The notes below the pieces were generated by a model that was not told the origin of the DNA, made no database searches, and saw nothing but the letters and a program-made list of their open reading frames with translations. Positions 60,210-64,000 of a stretch of 64,000 bases of DNA are shown here, piece after piece. The translations under genes and the position numbers were made by a program. The stretch comes from Dehalococcoidia bacterium (GTDB lineage: Bacteria > Chloroflexota > Dehalococcoidia > Lucifugimonadales > UBA3495), in contig OZ220699.1 of the NCBI GenBank assembly GCA_965116565.1, positions 2,506,858 through 2,570,857 of the forward strand. Reading direction: 5' to 3'. Each line of letters opens with the position of its first letter. Positions within the stretch are counted from its first letter, which is position 1.

Positions 60210-60960
60210 TGAGATACTCCCGGGCCTGCACCTTGGTTTCGTCGATGACCCGTTGCCGGTAATCATCTATCAACTCGTAGGGTACGCGCTCGTACACTTT
60301 TTCCAGGCTGCGCGGTATATCCTCTAGGAATCGATCGACCACCACTTGCACCTCATCATTATCGCGGTACATGCGATTCAATGCGCGCTTGAGGCGCTCC
60401 CAGGTGAAATCCCATCCCAATAGGCGGGCGACCCAACCTCGCCACTCGTCAATGAGTTCGTCCTGCAGGAATTCGAGGGCAGGCAGGGTTTCGACGCCGG
60501 CGATGGCGTCATTCTGGGCAGAGAGGCCACCATTTTCCGTGAGTACGGCGCGGTCCATATCCAATTGAAGAGCCCGGTCCCAGATATGGGCCTCGACCTC
60601 GGTATCGGTAACCAAGTTGTTCGGATCAAAATGAGGGCGAAACATGGTCGTGATCCACGTCTCGTCGGCAACCAGGTGGCTGATGTATCCAAGTAAAAAT
60701 GCCCGCGTCTCCGGGGTGAGGCCGTTATCTGACCCGGCAAGTCGCGGATGCAACTCGAACATCCTGTCGACGCCGGCGCCCACGCGCGTTACGGACAGAT
60801 CCGAAAAATGGGTTCGAGCCCGGTCCCATTTAGTCATAGCGCGGATGTCCGGCGTGGTTGAACCCAGATATGCCGCGCCAGCGTGATCGTGGGCGTAGCC
60901 CCAATCGAGTTCAATCGCTACTTGCTGGCACAGGTAGATGTGCATCGGGAGGTTGGGCAT
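60199..60960 (-). CDS. Zinc-dependent phospholipase C-like (PLC-like phosphodiesterase) family protein
   Basis: N-terminal MHIYL and HLVADETW His-rich pattern. 253 aa, lying inside the his operon. Confidence 0.65.
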   Translation of the reverse strand: MPNLPMHIYLCQQVAIELDWGYAHDHAGAAYLGSTTPDIRAMTKWDRARTHFSDLSVTRVGAGVDRMFELHPRLAGSDNGLTPETRAFLLGYISHLVADETWITTMFRPHFDPNNLVTDTEVEAHIWDRALQLDMDRAVLTENGGLSAQNDAIAGVETLPALEFLQDELIDEWRGWVARLLGWDFTWERLKRALNRMYRDNDEVQVVVDRFLEDIPRSLEKVYERVPYELIDDYRQRVIDETKVQAREYLSAT

Positions 60961-60961
60961 A

Positions 60962-62032
60962 TCAGGCCGAGCCTCCGTTCAGCGCGGGAATGCGTTCCAT
61001 AAATCCTTCGAAAGCCTGGCACTGCCCCTTGAACAGATAGGACAATTGGGCCGCCGCGATGTCCACACCGCCACATTCCCGCAGGTGTTCGACTACGTCC
61101 AGCAATCGGTTTTTGCGGATCAGCACGGATACCGCGTACCAGTCCTCTTCTTCAACGCTGAACACACGGGCGACGGTGGGACCCTGGATGCCCGCAATGT
61201 CCGGCCGTTCCAGGATCATGGCGCTGACGTCTTCTGCGGACCGCCCCTGCACGTTGGCCGTGATCCGGTAGTACGGTTCAGCGCGCAAATGCGCTTCCAG
61301 CATTTCGGTGAACGACTGTGCCAGGCGCAGGTCTCCGGGATTCTCGGCCAACGTCGCAGGATTGGCGATCAAGCAAGCCTGCGATGTCAATATCGTGCCC
61401 CCATCCAGCGTTTTCAACCGATTTTCTCGCAGGGTGGTACCGGTGGCGGAAAGATCGGCGATGACATCGGCATAACCGGCGATAGGGGCGGCTTCCAGCG
61501 TTCCGCTGACTGCCACCAGTGCGAAGTGGTTGATGCCGCGTTCAAAGAGGAAACGGCGCAATAGGCGGGGATACTTGGTCGCGATGCGGAGTTGTCGTCC
61601 ATGGGCGTGAAATTCGAGGGCGACGTCGGCCAGATCGTCGATGGAGGTTACATCAAGCCACGATTCCGGAACCGCGAGCACGTAATCACAACGTCCGAAC
61701 TCCAGGTCGTCCATCACCGCTATGACCGAGTCGTCGTCGTGGCGATATTCCATCAGGCGATCCAAACCGGTGATCCCCATGTCGGCACTGCCTTCCTCCA
61801 CCTTTGTGGTGATGTCGGCGGTGCGTTGGAACAGCACATCTATGCCGGGGATCGACGGAATGGAGCCGGTGTAACGCCGCGAGTTGGGACGGTTAACCTT
61901 GACTCCTGCGGAGTCAAGGAACCGCATGGTGGGTTCACCAAGTTCGCCGTCGCTGGGTATCACGAGTTTCAATTCGGCACCCAATTCACACGGTAACCGT
62001 ACGCGAGTATCCGGTCCCCGCGTCCTGATCAT
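60962..62032 (-). CDS. hisG: ATP phosphoribosyltransferase, long form with C-terminal regulatory domain
   Basis: Catalytic core (LKLVIPSDGELGEPT..., DLSATGTTLREN) plus a HisG_C-like tail. ATG at 62032; the longer ORF-track start was rejected. Confidence 0.85.
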   Translation of the reverse strand: MIRTRGPDTRVRLPCELGAELKLVIPSDGELGEPTMRFLDSAGVKVNRPNSRRYTGSIPSIPGIDVLFQRTADITTKVEEGSADMGITGLDRLMEYRHDDDSVIAVMDDLEFGRCDYVLAVPESWLDVTSIDDLADVALEFHAHGRQLRIATKYPRLLRRFLFERGINHFALVAVSGTLEAAPIAGYADVIADLSATGTTLRENRLKTLDGGTILTSQACLIANPATLAENPGDLRLAQSFTEMLEAHLRAEPYYRITANVQGRSAEDVSAMILERPDIAGIQGPTVARVFSVEEEDWYAVSVLIRKNRLLDVVEHLRECGGVDIAAAQLSYLFKGQCQAFEGFMERIPALNGGSA

Positions 62033-63419
62033 CAACCTGCAACACCGCAACTCCGCCGAGCCTGCGAATTTCTGACGCCCTGTGGAGAGCGGCGCTGTTG
62101 GAGTCCGGAGTAGCGGGTCGGACCAGGACTTCATCGACCTCCGTGCGCTGGCTTTTGCGATCCGGTATCGCTGACAAGAGCGACTCCAGCGTGTAGGCCA
62201 ACCCCAAAGCCGGCACCTGCTCACTCCCTCCCAAAGCCAGAGCCAAGGCATCGTATCGACCGCCACCGCCAAGGCCGGTCCCGTCGTCGCTGATGACGTC
62301 GAATATGATGCCGTTGTAGTACGCGATCCCCCTGGCAAGTGAAAAATCCAATTCGAGTCTGCCGGTCAACGACGGTTCTTGCTCGACCAAAGATACCAGC
62401 TCGGCAAGCCGATCGCAGGCCGACTCATCCGCTCCGGTGGCGGCGACTATGGCGCGCACCTGTGCCAACGCGTTTGTCGGGTTGCCACGAACGCGGGCGA
62501 GTTGTCCAGCCATTTCGAGACCGCTTTCGATTGCATGTGACGCATCACCCCCACGCAGTTTTCGGAGCAGCCGGTCCACTATCACATCGGGGGATCGACG
62601 ACCCACCGGAATTTCGGGGGAACTGTTCCACTGCATGAATCCGGCCAGAACCGAGCGCGCCACACCGTCCGGAAGACCGGCCACCGCGTCCGCCAGATTC
62701 ACCTCGTCGACGGGCAAACCGCGTCCCGACACGATGTGCAACTCGTCGGCGCGTTGCAGTGTCCCTACTAGGTTTTCGGCGCTCTCGCCAATGCGGTTCA
62801 TGTTGGCTACGATGAATGCCCGGGCTCGATCCGATAAGCCGACAGTGTCCAGCACGCTGTCCAAAACGTCGAGATCGGCCAGGCGGATTTGGTAGTCGGA
62901 TATTCCGAGTTCAGCAGGAATCTCGGCGGCCAACAACAGCAACTCTGCGTCGGCGAGGATGCTGTTGGAACCGATCAGCTCGGCGCCCACTTGAGTGAAC
63001 TGGCCGCTGTTGTCCGCCGGAGGAGGGTTTCCCAGATCGTAGCGGAATACGGGTCCGGCGTACTGCCAACGTACCACCGGATTGTGCCGCAATCCCGCGG
63101 TAAACTCCAGGTAGTGCCGCATGATCGACGACGTGAACTCCGGTCGCAAGCTGACCGCGTTGGAGCCGGGGTCGTTGAACGAGTACATCTGGGACGCAAG
63201 ATCACCGCCCGACTTGCGCACGAATAGTTCGGTGGGTTCCATAATGGGAACATCCAGCGCATGGTAACCGTAGCGCGCGATGGCATCGGATACCCGGAAC
63301 TGCACCGCCTGTTTGAAGCGGTATTCAGTTTCGGGGATGTCCCGCATGCCGGCCAAGCGCCGGACCGGGTTCGTGACAACTGGAATGGCGGCGGCGATCA
63401 TCGGCCAGTATTGTAACAC
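61986..63419 (-). CDS. hisZ: Histidyl-tRNA synthetase paralog (HisZ-like regulatory subunit candidate)
   Basis: Class-II aaRS HisRS fold (RGIAYYNGIIFDV, GGGGRYDAL) but a degenerate motif 2 (FRYDLGNPPPADNSGQFTQVG). It is the first gene of the his operon. Confidence 0.75.
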   Translation of the reverse strand: MLQYWPMIAAAIPVVTNPVRRLAGMRDIPETEYRFKQAVQFRVSDAIARYGYHALDVPIMEPTELFVRKSGGDLASQMYSFNDPGSNAVSLRPEFTSSIMRHYLEFTAGLRHNPVVRWQYAGPVFRYDLGNPPPADNSGQFTQVGAELIGSNSILADAELLLLAAEIPAELGISDYQIRLADLDVLDSVLDTVGLSDRARAFIVANMNRIGESAENLVGTLQRADELHIVSGRGLPVDEVNLADAVAGLPDGVARSVLAGFMQWNSSPEIPVGRRSPDVIVDRLLRKLRGGDASHAIESGLEMAGQLARVRGNPTNALAQVRAIVAATGADESACDRLAELVSLVEQEPSLTGRLELDFSLARGIAYYNGIIFDVISDDGTGLGGGGRYDALALALGGSEQVPALGLAYTLESLLSAIPDRKSQRTEVDEVLVRPATPDSNSAALHRASEIRRLGGVAVLQVDDQDAGTGYSRTVTV

Positions 63420-63520
63420 CTACGGGCGGTCAGTCGTGTCGGCTACTTGGTTGCGAACGGGGAGCATTCGTCGGTACGCATGGAGGCGTGCGGGAACTTG
63501 CCCGACGGGCCAACGACCCC

Positions 63521-64000
63521 TCAAGGGTGAGCGTTGGAGCCGCCGTCAATGTAAACGGGCTGCCCACTGGGGTAGTCGCAATGGGGCGAACACAGGTAGA
63601 CCAGCATGGCCGCCAAATCACGCGGGTGTCCCTTGCGTCGCATCGGGGTATAGCGAACCAGCAGTTCCTCTCGTTGGGTTTCCAGCGGTACGTCCTCGTG
63701 AGTGGACCAACCGGAACCCACCGCGTTGACCCGGATCTCGCTTCGCCCCCACTCCACTGCGAACGACCGGGTCAGCGACAGGACCGCAGCCTGGCTCGCG
63801 CTGTAAGCCGAACAGTTGATCACGGAGCGCTCCGCCAGGTTGGAGATCACGTTGACGATGCGGCCGTAATGCTGCGTGCGCATATGCCGACCAACCGCCT
63901 GGCTCAACATGAAGGTTGCCCGGACGTTGCGGGCATGCAGTTCGTCCCACTCTTCCAGTGATATCTCTGAAGCCGGTTTGGCGAAGAAGCTGCGTGTGTC
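63521..64000 (-). CDS. SDR-family oxidoreductase, 5'-truncated by the window edge
   Basis: YSASQAAV active-site region and a C-terminal SDR tail. The frame stays open to base 64000. Confidence 0.8.
   Translation of the reverse strand, partial: DTRSFFAKPASEISLEEWDELHARNVRATFMLSQAVGRHMRTQHYGRIVNVISNLAERSVINCSAYSASQAAVLSLTRSFAVEWGRSEIRVNAVGSGWSTHEDVPLETQREELLVRYTPMRRKGHPRDLAAMLVYLCSPHCDYPSGQPVYIDGGSNAHP

Noticed and set aside
62033-62338. N-terminal extension of hisG in the ORF track (458 aa).
   Set aside because: It overlaps the hisZ-like gene. The HisG homology begins just after the Met at 62032.

Overview
High-GC (about 60% by eye) bacterial chromosomal segment, densely coding and mostly housekeeping or catabolic. 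I saw no transposase, integrase, prophage or CRISPR array.

In order, the window contains:
- DUF1800 protein (3' part) and an NHL-repeat protein
- glycolate oxidase glcDEF, convergent with a class-V (alanine-glyoxylate type) aminotransferase and an SDR
- a trpD-trpC-trpF-trpB block with no trpA, trpE or trpG, followed by a DUF1524/HNH nuclease
- amidohydrolase, S9 peptidase and an SRPBCC protein
- three family-III CoA-transferase paralogs, two intact LLM (luciferase-like) oxidoreductases plus one decayed copy, and an ABM monooxygenase
- a stand-alone 23S rRNA gene (minus strand) with its own promoter and a long processing stem, no 16S and no 5S, followed by an initiator tRNA-Met
- crotonase, MOSC protein and ammonium transporter
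- a low-GC HARE-HTH/GIY-YIG nuclease gene
- PrpD/MmgE-family protein, a CD225 + DUF2752 pair, NIPSNAP, LLM, NTF2-like and erythrin-VIT1 proteins
- an inositol-lipid cluster: ino1, GT4, CDP-alcohol phosphatidyltransferase and an alpha/beta hydrolase
- a PP2C phosphatase with an atypical protein kinase
- prmA and dnaJ, then about 1.3 kb with no credible gene
- cupin and P450, tRNA-Gln, a 3-hydroxyisobutyrate-dehydrogenase-like enzyme, RNase P RNA and an HpcH aldolase
- a low-GC orphan gene, meaB, and an NfeD-SPFH operon
- crotonase and a small internally repeated protein
- a his operon (hisZ-like, long hisG, PLC-like gene, hisD, hisC, hisB) and a partial SDR

The many CaiB-type CoA-transferases, LLMs and crotonases, together with the unlinked rRNA gene, resemble marine Chloroflexota (SAR202-like). 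This is a low-confidence inference from gene content only.

The best candidates for something new are:
- the single-gene HARE-HTH/GIY-YIG island
- the G-depleted repeat tract with a small ORF at 28.1-28.7 kb
- the gene-free 1.3 kb upstream of dnaJ
- the orphan 23S gene with a helix-45-type insertion and a tRNA half-copy
- the hisZ-like gene paired with a long-form hisG
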